Virus record (IMG/VR): IMGVR_UViG_3300047090_000093
Location: 1 to 56,251 of that record
DNA from: a virus
Lineage: Duplodnaviria > Caudoviricetes
Length of the DNA stretch: 56,251 nt
Strand: one strand, 5' to 3'
Shown here: piece after piece, positions 8,839 to 18,428 of the stretch
Layout of the letters: the number at the start of each line of letters is the position of its first letter
Position numbering within the stretch: position 1 is the stretch's first letter
Program-made: the position numbers and the translations under genes
The notes under the pieces: model-generated
Databases searched by the model: none
What the model was told of the DNA's origin: nothing
The model's input: only the letters and a program-made list of their open reading frames with translations

Positions 8839-10844
8839 ACCCATCGGCATGGGGTGCCGTCCCGGTAGAGGGACCATCCGCTTGGGGAGCTGTGCCGGTC
8901 GACGCCGATCCTACGGCCATGGACACGGCCAAGGATATCGGCAAGTCAGCCGGTATCGGGTTGGTGAAAGGCGCGATCGGTTTGGCTGGTTTCCCGGTTG
9001 ATGCCGCATCTGCCATCAATCGTGGTATTGACTGGGTTGAGGAGAAGCTTGGAGCGGCACCGCCGCAACAGCAACCCTCGGGACCTCCGACTCTTGGTTC
9101 CGAAGATATAAGAAAACGAGTCGAGAAGGTTACAGGTCCACTCTACGAATCAAAGACCACGCCCGGAAAAATTGTGCAGACTGGCGCCGAGTTTATCCCT
9201 GGCGCGGCGATCGGGGGCATTCCTGGGATTGCCCGACGAGCGCTTATTGGAGGCGCGGCGGGTGCGGGTTCCGAAGCGGCGGGCCAGATGGTCGAAGGCA
9301 ATCCACTAGAACCGTGGATTCGTCTCGGAACGGCCCTCGGGATCGGCGGTGCGACTGCTATGATGAGTCAGCCGCGTTCCGCGCAGCGATTCATCCGGGC
9401 GCAGATGCCGGATTATGTGAATGACCAAGCGGTGACGCACGCCGATGCGTTGATCCAGGATGCGGGGCAACGGGGTGTGACATTGACGTGGCCGGAAGCA
9501 CTCAGTCAAGTGACTGGACGGCCTGTGTTAAGAGACATGCAGCGCCTCCTTGAGATGGCGAAGCAGACGCGGGCGCCGATGCAGCAGGCTCTTGGTGATC
9601 GGCCCGCGCAGATTAGGACCGCAGCAGAGACAGAAATAGCCAACATTGCGCCGCAGACCACGCAGCCCTCAACGATCGGGCCAGCAGCAGGAACAGCGGC
9701 CGAGGGGGAACTCGGGCGGGTCCGCCAAACAATCAATCAAGTCTCCGAACCGTTTTACGATAGGGCCAAGACGTTTCGGTTATCACAAGCGGAAATGGCG
9801 CAAGTCCGTGCTATTCCAGGTTTTTTCAATGCCGAGAGGGCGGTGCGCCGAGACCCGCAACTCAATCGCGAAGTTGCGCATCTGCCTAATGACAGCATTG
9901 GGTTTTTGAATGAGGTAAAGAAGTTTCTCGATCAGCAGGCAGAAAACGCCGCTTCTCCGGTCCAGCAGGGCCGCAGTGTCCAGCGAGCGGCGGGATTTGG
10001 CCGGGATGCTCAAGCGGTTCGTGATGCCGCTATCAACTCTGAAGCGCGCGCTGGGCAGGCCAATTATGCGCAAGCGCTCAACATTCAGCAGACCGGCCGG
10101 CAACGCTATCTGGAGCCCTTGCTGCAGGGGCCGCTCGGCAAGCTGGCAGATAAAAATGTCACCACAAAAAATGCCGTCGAGGCGCTTTTCCCCGCTGAAC
10201 CAATCGCCGGCAGTGAGCACGAGATATCAACGGCGGTGGGGGCGTTGTCGCGCCAGAATCCCGGCGTGGCGCGACAGTTGGTTCGCGCCCATGTTGAGGC
10301 GAAGCTCAATGAGGCATTCGATGCGGCAGGGCGCGATATGGAAGCGGCGGGCTTTGCAGGGGCATCGTTTGCGCAAAGGCTGACTGGAAGTCCTGTTGTG
10401 GGCACGCAACGAGGTCAAAATTTTCGCGCAGCAGTAGAGGCGCTTCCGAATGGAAGGCAAATATGGCCGGGGATTGAGCGTTTTTTGGAAATCGCTCGCG
10501 CTACAGCCCGCCAGCCCATAGGCTCAAAAACTGCGACAAACGAAGCCGAACTCCATGCCATGGCGACGGGCAGATCACTTGCCAACCTCGCCAAGACAGC
10601 GGCGTCGCCGGGGGAATGGTGGCACGCCGCCCATGAAATGTGGGGAAAGTGGCAAACGGGTAACAATTTGAACGAATTAGCTCGGATCATAACCGATCCG
10701 CGGTCGGCGGAAGTCTTCCGGCGTATCGCGCGGACGCCACGTGCTACGCGGCAGGCGATCAACATGGCGGCTCGCATTACGGTCGGAGTGGGTCTCGGCG
10801 CCAAAACAGCGGCGGAAGATCGAGCGAACCAAGCCAGGCAATGA
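8823..10844 (+). CDS. large DNA ejection protein (gp16/gp20-like)
   Basis: 673 aa, helical Ala-rich, N-terminal PSAWGAVPV repeated twice, Gly-rich hydrophobic segments. Confidence 0.7.
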   Translation: MAEALDPSAWGAVPVEGPSAWGAVPVDADPTAMDTAKDIGKSAGIGLVKGAIGLAGFPVDAASAINRGIDWVEEKLGAAPPQQQPSGPPTLGSEDIRKRVEKVTGPLYESKTTPGKIVQTGAEFIPGAAIGGIPGIARRALIGGAAGAGSEAAGQMVEGNPLEPWIRLGTALGIGGATAMMSQPRSAQRFIRAQMPDYVNDQAVTHADALIQDAGQRGVTLTWPEALSQVTGRPVLRDMQRLLEMAKQTRAPMQQALGDRPAQIRTAAETEIANIAPQTTQPSTIGPAAGTAAEGELGRVRQTINQVSEPFYDRAKTFRLSQAEMAQVRAIPGFFNAERAVRRDPQLNREVAHLPNDSIGFLNEVKKFLDQQAENAASPVQQGRSVQRAAGFGRDAQAVRDAAINSEARAGQANYAQALNIQQTGRQRYLEPLLQGPLGKLADKNVTTKNAVEALFPAEPIAGSEHEISTAVGALSRQNPGVARQLVRAHVEAKLNEAFDAAGRDMEAAGFAGASFAQRLTGSPVVGTQRGQNFRAAVEALPNGRQIWPGIERFLEIARATARQPIGSKTATNEAELHAMATGRSLANLAKTAASPGEWWHAAHEMWGKWQTGNNLNELARIITDPRSAEVFRRIARTPRATRQAINMAARITVGVGLGAKTAAEDRANQARQ

Positions 10845-10988
10845 CAGCAGAAAACTCATGGCTATGGTCGCCAGCATTGCTGCGATAAACCCAAAAAATG
10901 AAACGACATAGCCGTTGTCGGTCCACTCATAAACGATATTGGTTCCACCGACAGCAAACATCACAAGCAACTGGAAAAAGCCCCACAT
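10677..10988 (-). CDS. antisense two-TM membrane protein (possible superinfection exclusion)
   Basis: MWGFFQLLVMFAVGG...VVSFFGFIAAMLATIAMSFLLSL fills the gap between the ejection and tail genes on the opposite strand. Confidence 0.5.
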   Translation of the reverse strand: MWGFFQLLVMFAVGGTNIVYEWTDNGYVVSFFGFIAAMLATIAMSFLLSLPGLVRSIFRRCFGAETHSDRNASRHVDRLPRSTWRPRDTPEDFRRPRIGYDPS

Positions 10989-12045
10989 GAAATTTGTCAT
11001 CGCCACCCTTGCCCTCCTCTGGTCACAATTCGCGGTCGCGCAGGGTACGCTAAGTCTCGCGCTAACACAACAATTTGCTTTCACCGCCTGCGCAAACTCC
11101 GGCGGTGTCTGTGGCACCCCTCTGATCGGGGGGCTCCTATTTTTCTATCAGGTCGGAACTGTGGCAACGCCACAGAATTCTTTTCAGGACGTGGCCCTCA
11201 CCATCCCCAATCCATGGCCCCTGGTGCTGGATTCGAGCGGGCGAGTGCCCGTGTTTTATCTTGCTTCCGGAAGTGTTCACGTCCGCCTCACCGACAGCGG
11301 TGGCGTCGTCCAGATCGATACGAATTCTCTCGTCATCGGCCCCGCTGGTGGGGGAGGCGGTGGCGGATCGTCTGTCGATCCAACGGCAGTGGCATCGACG
11401 GGTGACATGAAATTCCGTGCTACCGGCGAGACATTGGCCGGATGGGTTAAGGCAAACGGCCTCACCATCGGTTCGGCAGTCTCCGGTGCCACGGGCCGTG
11501 CCAATGCCGATACATCTGCGCTCTACACCTATCTCTGGCAAAATTGCTCCCAGCCGACCGGCAACCGTCATTGTCCCGTCTCCGGCGGCCTCGGGGCATC
11601 CGCCGCGGCGGACTTTGCCGCCAACAAACAGCTTGCCATCCTGGACTTCCGTGCATCCATCCCGGTCGGTCTCGACGATATGGGCGCCACGGCCGCAGGA
11701 AGGCTCCTGGCGAGTAATGTGACATCGGGCGGCGGTGATGGCCCCAGTACTCCGAACGCTACCGGCGGCGAAGCCAATCACGTCCTGACCCTCGCCGAGC
11801 TTGCTGCCCACAATCACACGGCAACGGACGCGGGACACACGCATAATTTTACCTACCAAAGGATCGTCGATGCGATGACGGGCGGAGTCAGCGTTCGCGT
11901 TACGCAAATTGATCAAGTTGGTGACAACACCGTCGCCACCACGCAGACCGGAACCGCGAACATTACGGTCGCCAATTCGGGCGGGGGCGGGGCGCATAAC
12001 AATATGAGCCCGTTCGTTCTTGGCTCGTTTTACATTAAGCTTTGA
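10987..12045 (+). CDS. tail fibre / tail-collar domain protein with signal-peptide-like N-terminus
   Basis: head-binding-like 'NPWPLVLDSSGRVP'; collar 'TGDMKF..GWVKANG'; 'GGEANHVLTLAELAAHNH' and 'AHNNMSP' motifs. Confidence 0.8.
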   Translation: MKFVIATLALLWSQFAVAQGTLSLALTQQFAFTACANSGGVCGTPLIGGLLFFYQVGTVATPQNSFQDVALTIPNPWPLVLDSSGRVPVFYLASGSVHVRLTDSGGVVQIDTNSLVIGPAGGGGGGGSSVDPTAVASTGDMKFRATGETLAGWVKANGLTIGSAVSGATGRANADTSALYTYLWQNCSQPTGNRHCPVSGGLGASAAADFAANKQLAILDFRASIPVGLDDMGATAAGRLLASNVTSGGGDGPSTPNATGGEANHVLTLAELAAHNHTATDAGHTHNFTYQRIVDAMTGGVSVRVTQIDQVGDNTVATTQTGTANITVANSGGGGAHNNMSPFVLGSFYIKL

Positions 12046-12057
12046 CGGGAGGCTGAG

Positions 12058-12786
12058 ATTTACCAATATCCGGTATATCTGCCACAGATCAGTAACCGTG
12101 AAGACCTCCTATTCACGGTAAGCCTCTTCGATGACGACACCGGCCAGCCCGTGCGACTGGACGGCACGCAGACGGCCACGCCACAGCCCTTCACATCCGC
12201 CGCATGGACCGTCACCGATGGGGCGATCGTCACCACATCGACCACGGGCATCACGATCCCCGTCTATCCCATCGCCAATCAGTTGACGGCCTTGGCATTG
12301 GTCGTCGGTAAAAATCTCGCCATTGCTCCCGGTGATTTTGTCATGATCGCGGATACCGCGACCGGCCTCAACAAGATGACCGGCTATGTGGTGTCCTATG
12401 CGCTCTCGACCGGGTTCCTCGTGGTGCAGATTGGCTGCAGCTTCCTTTTCGAGATTCGCCGTACCGGGGCACGGTTCGACGGATCGGGATACATCCCTTG
12501 GTATGACTGGGGCATTTCGGATGAGCACGGTCCGCTTCTTCAAGCAACGCTGGGCACCGGAATCCAGATCATGGACATTGGAGTGATCCAGATCATGATT
12601 CCGGCCGCCGCCATCCAGAAGCTTCGCACCGGAACCTATTCGGGGGCGCTTGTCGTGACGGATTCCGTCAACACGCGGCAGATGTTCGTGGGGCAGTTGC
12701 CTGTGCAATGGGGTGCCGTAACACGAGGGCCGGTGAATGCGCAGGCCGGGGCGTTTAGCGCGGGATTTAGCGGAGGATTTTCCTGA
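12058..12786 (+). CDS. tail-associated hypothetical protein, probable ATT start
   Basis: frame open from the upstream TGA; GGGAGG SD 5 nt before ATT-TAC-CAA; first GTG only at 12151. Confidence 0.65.
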   Translation: MYQYPVYLPQISNREDLLFTVSLFDDDTGQPVRLDGTQTATPQPFTSAAWTVTDGAIVTTSTTGITIPVYPIANQLTALALVVGKNLAIAPGDFVMIADTATGLNKMTGYVVSYALSTGFLVVQIGCSFLFEIRRTGARFDGSGYIPWYDWGISDEHGPLLQATLGTGIQIMDIGVIQIMIPAAAIQKLRTGTYSGALVVTDSVNTRQMFVGQLPVQWGAVTRGPVNAQAGAFSAGFSGGFS

Positions 12787-13343
12787 TGACCCTCCCCGCT
12801 AACATCCGCGTCAACGCTCAGATTCCATTCCCATCATTGGTGTACGGCTCTGGCCCCATCACCATTGCCAAGCAGAATGGCATCTGGACGGTCGGCTTTT
12901 CAATCGCCGCATTCGGTTCTATTGTTCCCGCCGTTCCAAATTACCCAACTGATTATTTGATGGGATGGGACGCGGTTAACAACACTTTTTTCAAGGTGTC
13001 GATCACCAATCTGATCTCTTCGATTGCGACAACTATTCCGACGAGAACGCAACGTCTAGTGACGACTTCTCCTATAGGAGTCGGTCCCACGGATATGATT
13101 ATCAACACAAATATCGCGGCCGGCTCGCCCACATGCGTGCTCCCTGCTGCGGCTGCTCGTCTAGGTCTCCCCATTACATTCAAGGACGTGGGCGGCCAAT
13201 GGGCCGCGCACAATCTCACGTTCTCATGCACGGGTGGCGATCTTATCGATGGCGCTGCGACCGTAGTCGGCAGAAACGCCTATGGCTCGTTTACTTTTGT
13301 TCCGGCGAATGACGGAACATCAACGGGATGGTCGATCGAATGA
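12786..13343 (+). CDS. tail-associated beta-rich protein
   Basis: 185 aa, TGATG coupling; C-terminus 'LPAAAARLGLPITFKD...GGDLIDG' typical of tail proteins. Confidence 0.7.
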   Translation: MTLPANIRVNAQIPFPSLVYGSGPITIAKQNGIWTVGFSIAAFGSIVPAVPNYPTDYLMGWDAVNNTFFKVSITNLISSIATTIPTRTQRLVTTSPIGVGPTDMIINTNIAAGSPTCVLPAAAARLGLPITFKDVGGQWAAHNLTFSCTGGDLIDGAATVVGRNAYGSFTFVPANDGTSTGWSIE

Positions 13344-15202
13344 TGCGCATATTCTTTGCGGTATTGTTCTGTTTGAGTGCTGCGGCAACCGCAGTAGCGC
13401 AGACGTTTCCCGGTCAATTGCCGGCGTGGAACCTCTATGGAAATCCAAGCGGATCACCTTCCAATCCGGGGGCGGCGACCGTAATGCAGATGCTCAACGG
13501 CGTCTGGGGAACTCCGTCTGTTGGCAATGTGCCACTCGCGACCGGCCCATCAACGGCTATATGGGGAGATGCGGCCCCCAATGGGGTGATCTATGTTGCA
13601 ACTGCAGGAAATGATAGCAATAGCGGGCTTAGCCCATTTTCCCCAAAGTTAACAATTCAAGCAGGCGTGAACGCATCAGGCGGCAAGGTTATTATCGGTG
13701 CTGGAACCTATACGCTCAATGCTTCAATAGCAATGCGGCCCGGAGTTACCGTTCAGTGCGTGCCGGGAGCTATCATCACACAAGGAAACGGCGCCAATCT
13801 CACAAGCCTGGTGGAATTTGTTACCAATACCGCTAGCGGCGCTGCTCTGGAGTTCTGCGATATCAACGGCAACCGATCCAACAATACCGATAACGTCAAC
13901 GTCATCATGGTCAACGTGAGAACAGCAAATGACGTTACGCTGAGAAACAACACGTTAAGAAATTCAAACGGGTTCTGCGCCAGCACTTTTACCGGCGTTC
14001 GCGTTCGTTATGCTGACAATTTTGTAACAAATTGTTTTGCGGATGGACTTGCGGTAATAACGGGAACTCCATTTACCCCATCGCATTGCGACATACGCGG
14101 AAATCATTTAATTGCCCCAATGGGCGCGCATGCAATCGTCATTGCTAACGCCGATTATTGCACAGTGATAGATAACGATGTCATCGGTGACATGATCGGC
14201 GGTCCGTCTGCGCTGTTGCGAGTAAGCACGTCTGGCAGCACAGTCACTTGGATAAGCGGGCCGCAGTTCAACTCTATCATCACGGCAGGCAACTATCTCG
14301 TCATCAATGGTGGGGCTGAATTTCAGGTAACATCTATTACCGACTCCACGCATCTCCAGGTCTCTGGGGCTCCTGGAACGCTGACCAATGTTTTGGCGGT
14401 GATTGGTACGGGCGATCTGGTGAGTATAGACAGTTCGTCCTATACGATTTTTGCCAACAATCATGTTGCTACTAATGTCACACAAGGGGTTTCACTCAAC
14501 ACTGGAACTGGCGGTGAAATCGCGCAGAAAAATATGATTGCAAACAATCATGTTCAGTTTATTGGGGAAATGTGTGTCGGTGTGCAGCAAACTGGCGCTG
14601 TTGGGTTTGACAGCAATACGATTACGGGAAATATTCTTGAGGACTGCGGGATGTCAGGCGCGACCGCGACGGGTGGCGGTGGCATTCAGGCGGCAATTGA
14701 GTTGTTCGGTGCAAATATCCTTGGGACGTTCATCGAGTCAAATTCTATTAGAGATGATCAAATGGCATCGACCACATCATATTGGTTGGCGTTCAGCGGC
14801 CCTACGGCAGGTCAAGTCATCCTCGGTAAGAATAGTTACGTCGGCACAGTCAATTCTGGGATATTGAATGACATTACCGTTATTACATTGAATTCCGCAT
14901 GGGGCACTACGGCCAACGCATCGGCCGTCGTGTCGCAGGGTGATTCGGTCGTTTTGACAGTAAACGCGTCCGGAAGCGGGCAGTCCAATCCGGCGGCTGT
15001 GTCCATTGGGAAAGTTAGCACCGTGCCGTCATCCGGCGGACCCGGCAATCAAGCGTTGATTATTTGCAAAGAAGTAAACACGGACGACACCGCATTCAAC
15101 TTTGTTGCAGGCGAGTATGCCAGCACATCGACAGCATGGAATATGATCTATCAAGGACTTCCGGTTGCAGGCAAGTTTTATAGATTTATATGCAAGGGAT
15201 GA
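13340..15202 (+). CDS. right-handed beta-helix tailspike/depolymerase-like protein with signal peptide
   Basis: 'IYVATAGNDSNSGLSPFSPKLTIQAGVN' plus repeated I..N.. parallel beta-helix turns. Confidence 0.8.
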   Translation: MMRIFFAVLFCLSAAATAVAQTFPGQLPAWNLYGNPSGSPSNPGAATVMQMLNGVWGTPSVGNVPLATGPSTAIWGDAAPNGVIYVATAGNDSNSGLSPFSPKLTIQAGVNASGGKVIIGAGTYTLNASIAMRPGVTVQCVPGAIITQGNGANLTSLVEFVTNTASGAALEFCDINGNRSNNTDNVNVIMVNVRTANDVTLRNNTLRNSNGFCASTFTGVRVRYADNFVTNCFADGLAVITGTPFTPSHCDIRGNHLIAPMGAHAIVIANADYCTVIDNDVIGDMIGGPSALLRVSTSGSTVTWISGPQFNSIITAGNYLVINGGAEFQVTSITDSTHLQVSGAPGTLTNVLAVIGTGDLVSIDSSSYTIFANNHVATNVTQGVSLNTGTGGEIAQKNMIANNHVQFIGEMCVGVQQTGAVGFDSNTITGNILEDCGMSGATATGGGGIQAAIELFGANILGTFIESNSIRDDQMASTTSYWLAFSGPTAGQVILGKNSYVGTVNSGILNDITVITLNSAWGTTANASAVVSQGDSVVLTVNASGSGQSNPAAVSIGKVSTVPSSGGPGNQALIICKEVNTDDTAFNFVAGEYASTSTAWNMIYQGLPVAGKFYRFICKG

Positions 15203-15243
15203 TGAATAAATATGATTGGCCTCGTCGCACTCGGGGCCTGGGT

Positions 15244-15435
15244 TTACTTTGGTTGATCAATTTTCGGTCCGCCCGCCTTGGCCAGTTCCAAATCAGTCAC
15301 GCACCAAGCGTAATTATGTATGATGATGCGCGTGACAGTTTCGTAATCGACTTGCTGTCCTTCTTGCAGGGCAAGTTGTTTCATGGTCCGATCATCGACG
15401 GAAAGGACCATTCCATTGTGCATCACATAGTTCAT
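15244..15435 (-). CDS. hypothetical protein
   Basis: 63-aa ORF downstream of the AAA ATPase. Confidence 0.5.
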   Translation of the reverse strand: MNYVMHNGMVLSVDDRTMKQLALQEGQQVDYETVTRIIIHNYAWCVTDLELAKAGGPKIDQPK

Positions 15436-15513
15436 GTTTGATCAGTTCCTTGTTTCCGCCTCGCCATCTCATGATTGGCCCCGGCCATCGCACTCGACCG
15501 GGGCCTCTCCCTT

Positions 15514-16728
15514 CTACTCTGCCGCCTGCATGAGTTCGATCCAGGCGGTGTCGGTTGCCTGCTTTTCCTCGACCTTGGTACGGGCGCGGCGGAAAGCGTC
15601 TGGGATGTCGAGGCCGTCGCCGATCTGTTTCGGCGGCGCAAGGTCGCCCGGAAGTTCGTCGTTGAGATCAACCGCGATTGGCTTCAACGGCTGGATGTGA
15701 TAGCGCGAATTCTTGCCTTCGAGCGTAAAGTGCATGGTGTCGTAGCCCTTGCGCAGTCGCTCCAGCGACATCACGGTTTCCATCTCGGTCCATGATGCTT
15801 CAAAATGGGTGCGCAGAAGTTCAACTTTCTTCTTTTTCTCCGCCGCCGATTGGCCGGGATAGTGGAACACAAGTAAGTCCTCGATCTCGGCCAGCACGAT
15901 CTTGCGTTGGGTTGCGCGGTTGTCGCGAATGTCGGCCGGAATGGCGCTCATGCTCGATCGCGTGGTGTCGACGCCGAGCTGCTTACCGCCGAGGTTTAGA
16001 CACTGGATGTGCGGCAGGAAGTTATCGAAAGTTGGGTCTGGAAATTCCTTGCCGTCGAGCAATGTCGAGCGATCCTTGAGCACCTTGGCGAAATGCCGGT
16101 TGGTCTTTGTTGCCATGTCCATCTCGCGTTCCATGAGGATGAGCAGAGATGGCTCATAACCCATCTCGCCTTCGGCCTTCATCTTGATCCCGGTCTTTTC
16201 CAGGTTCTTTTTTCCGGTCTCCTCGTCCACCGAATAGTCGTATTCGAACCCGGCGCGGCCGGCTACAATCACATGCAAATTCGAATTGATGAATAGGTCG
16301 GTGAACTTGCGCCATTCGGTCTTGAGGAACGCCCAGTCCTCGAATTGAAGACGGGTGCGGTTCTTCTTGCGCATGTAGGCGTCGGTGAGTTCTATCCAGA
16401 AGTGGGTGAGGGAGTCCACCAACAGGATCGAGGAGTTCGCCTCGGCCTCCCGCACGGCGGTTAAGAGATCGGAGAAGGCGCGAGTCTTGGCAGTGAATAC
16501 CTCAATCTCGGCGGCGCGGATGCGCGGTAGCACCCAGTCCGACCCCTGCTCTGTGTCCAGGAAGAAGATCGGTTTTTCGGCACCGGCCACGCCGATCGTC
16601 CTCATGAGGTTGACGAGACCGATGGCTGTCGATGTCATCGTGTATGTCTTCCCTGAGCCCGCGAAGCCCATGAGTCCTGCCTTCAGATACGCGGTGGTGG
16701 CTTCGGCTTTGGTGAAAAGAGAGGTCAT
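15514..16728 (-). CDS. AAA-family ATPase (Sak4/AAA_24-like recombination protein)
   Basis: Walker A GFAGSGKT, LDTE, Walker B LLVDSLTHFW, KDRS. Confidence 0.8.
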   Translation of the reverse strand: MTSLFTKAEATTAYLKAGLMGFAGSGKTYTMTSTAIGLVNLMRTIGVAGAEKPIFFLDTEQGSDWVLPRIRAAEIEVFTAKTRAFSDLLTAVREAEANSSILLVDSLTHFWIELTDAYMRKKNRTRLQFEDWAFLKTEWRKFTDLFINSNLHVIVAGRAGFEYDYSVDEETGKKNLEKTGIKMKAEGEMGYEPSLLILMEREMDMATKTNRHFAKVLKDRSTLLDGKEFPDPTFDNFLPHIQCLNLGGKQLGVDTTRSSMSAIPADIRDNRATQRKIVLAEIEDLLVFHYPGQSAAEKKKKVELLRTHFEASWTEMETVMSLERLRKGYDTMHFTLEGKNSRYHIQPLKPIAVDLNDELPGDLAPPKQIGDGLDIPDAFRRARTKVEEKQATDTAWIELMQAAE

Positions 16729-16735
16729 GATCGTG

Positions 16736-16906
16736 TTACTCCTGATCTGGATTGTCGTAATTGTCGGTGAGATCGCGGATGGCTTCGGCCTCGGTCTTGC
16801 CGTAGCCGTAGGGGCCTTCTTCTCGGCTTTCCCAATGGGCTGACCAATCGAGGGCGCGGGTCGGGATGGGCTTTGCCCAATAGCTTGTGATGATCTTGCG
16901 GGGCAT
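16736..16906 (-). CDS. small hypothetical protein
   Basis: MPRKIITSYWAKPIPTRALDWSA...GYGKTEAEAIRDL with GGAG SD. Confidence 0.6.
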   Translation of the reverse strand: MPRKIITSYWAKPIPTRALDWSAHWESREEGPYGYGKTEAEAIRDLTDNYDNPDQE

Positions 16907-16965
16907 GGTTCGCTCCATGATATTGCGGGCGCGATCGGCGACCCACAGGGCGTTAAAATGGACCA

Positions 16966-17322
16966 TCACGCCGCAATTCGCAGGCCGTATTCCTCGGCCT
17001 CCATCGTGATCCATTCCTGGATCGTGTCGGCGTATTTGTCGGTGAGCGTGTCGAGCAGATGCCAAAACAAAGATGGCGAATCGTCGGCATCGATGCGCAC
17101 CATCTTGGCGACGGCGGCGTCACCCATCCGGTAATTCTGGACCCTCAGATGGATGTCCGTGACGTGCCAGTCGCCCGATGCGTCGAAGCTGATCTCGATC
17201 GAGCCATCCACAAGCCCGGCAAAGAAGCACTCGCCAGACCGGGTGCGTTCGCTGTATAGGGGAAGTTCCTCAAAGTCTCTTGTGAACGTAATGGTTCGCG
17301 GCAGAGTTACGACTTGACCCAT
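16966..17322 (-). CDS. hypothetical protein
   Basis: 118 aa from MGQVVTL, AGGAG SD. Confidence 0.7.
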   Translation of the reverse strand: MGQVVTLPRTITFTRDFEELPLYSERTRSGECFFAGLVDGSIEISFDASGDWHVTDIHLRVQNYRMGDAAVAKMVRIDADDSPSLFWHLLDTLTDKYADTIQEWITMEAEEYGLRIAA

Positions 17323-17432
17323 AGCAAGCTCCTGGGTTGGGTTGTTAGACCCGGACGGTGCTGGTAACACTGTCCGGGTCGTCTTGGGCTGGTTGCCCCC
17401 ACTGCCTCGCCGAAGCGGGGCAGGAAGTGCAA

Positions 17433-17624
17433 TCAGGCTGACGGCAGGCAACCAAGCACGTAGATCACGCGGCCGCCTTCCTCTCGCTCGCCAATCGACT
17501 GCGCAAGCTCTGCATCATTGAAAGATGCGGCATCGTAAAAGTCGTCGGTCCAAGTCTTTTCGTCTGAGGCAAGCCACTTGCGGCCGTCGAAGACGTAATA
17601 TCCAAGCATGTTTTCGTTGGTCAT
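17433..17624 (-). CDS. hypothetical protein
   Basis: 63 aa with GAGGGG SD, first gene behind a leftward promoter. Confidence 0.6.
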   Translation of the reverse strand: MTNENMLGYYVFDGRKWLASDEKTWTDDFYDAASFNDAELAQSIGEREEGGRVIYVLGCLPSA

Positions 17625-17659
17625 GTCCGTGTCCCTCTTGCTTCGTTCCAGTGATTGTG

Positions 17660-17689
17660 ATACTACTCCAGCATGGTCACCGCTGTCAA
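17660..17689 (-). promoter_or_regulatory. sigma70-type leftward promoter
   Basis: TTGACA-N18-TAGTAT on the minus strand, divergent from an RHH gene. Confidence 0.6.
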
Positions 17690-17696
17690 TACCGAA

Positions 17697-17879
17697 ATGT
17701 CGAAGACACCAAAAAAAGTTGGTAGGCCCCCGGGCCGCTCCGGTCGCCCCTTTCAGATGCGGGTGACGCCGGAGTTTGATGCCGCGATAGATGAATGGCG
17801 GCGCAAGCAGCCCGACCTTCCGTCACGCAGCGAGGCTATTCGCCGCCTCGTCGATCAAGCCATCAAGAGCAAACGATGA
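17697..17879 (+). CDS. ribbon-helix-helix (CopG/Arc-like) regulator
   Basis: GRP..FQMRVTPEFDAAIDEWR...SRSEAIRRLV. Confidence 0.8.
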   Translation: MSKTPKKVGRPPGRSGRPFQMRVTPEFDAAIDEWRRKQPDLPSRSEAIRRLVDQAIKSKR

Positions 17880-18109
17880 CTGACGATCCGTATACTGATG
17901 GCTTTCATGCTGGATATTTACAGGCTATTGGTGACGTTGATGAGGCAATGAAGCATATCGGCGACGATAGGACTGTGCGTCGATGTCGACAGGTGCTCTT
18001 GAGTTTTGCAAACGTGTCCTTCTTTCCTGACCATGTTTTCCCGCAGCCAGATTGGATTACATCGACCGTGGTTCGCAATCCAGATCAAGCCCTAAAGGGC
18101 AAACGATGA
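17876..18109 (+). CDS. hypothetical protein
   Basis: ATGA overlap with the RHH gene. Confidence 0.55.
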   Translation: MTDDPYTDGFHAGYLQAIGDVDEAMKHIGDDRTVRRCRQVLLSFANVSFFPDHVFPQPDWITSTVVRNPDQALKGKR

Positions 18110-18207
18110 TCTTACTTGAGGGGCGGTGTCGCAGGACATAAGCCGATGCGGCAGAGCGACACGACAACGCGCCCCTCAAGTAAGATCAATCTCTGACTAT
18201 CTTTTCC

Positions 18208-18423
18208 ATGCCTCCTCCCGGCATCCCCAACGCACTCCTCGCCACGCCTGCCCAGCGCCTCGCCTATCGGACGGCGCGAGCGGGCCTACAGAAGTTCGAC
18301 CCCAAGCACCCCTATCTGCAGACGCCGCTGATGCGCCTACTCAACAAATTCAATGCGATCACGCCAGGCGCGCCCTGGTCGATCGATAAATTTGGCTGCC
18401 TGACACGAACGATAAAGGGATAG
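18208..18423 (+). CDS. hypothetical protein
   Basis: 71-aa ORF. Confidence 0.5.
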   Translation: MPPPGIPNALLATPAQRLAYRTARAGLQKFDPKHPYLQTPLMRLLNKFNAITPGAPWSIDKFGCLTRTIKG

Positions 18424-18428
18424 TTTCC

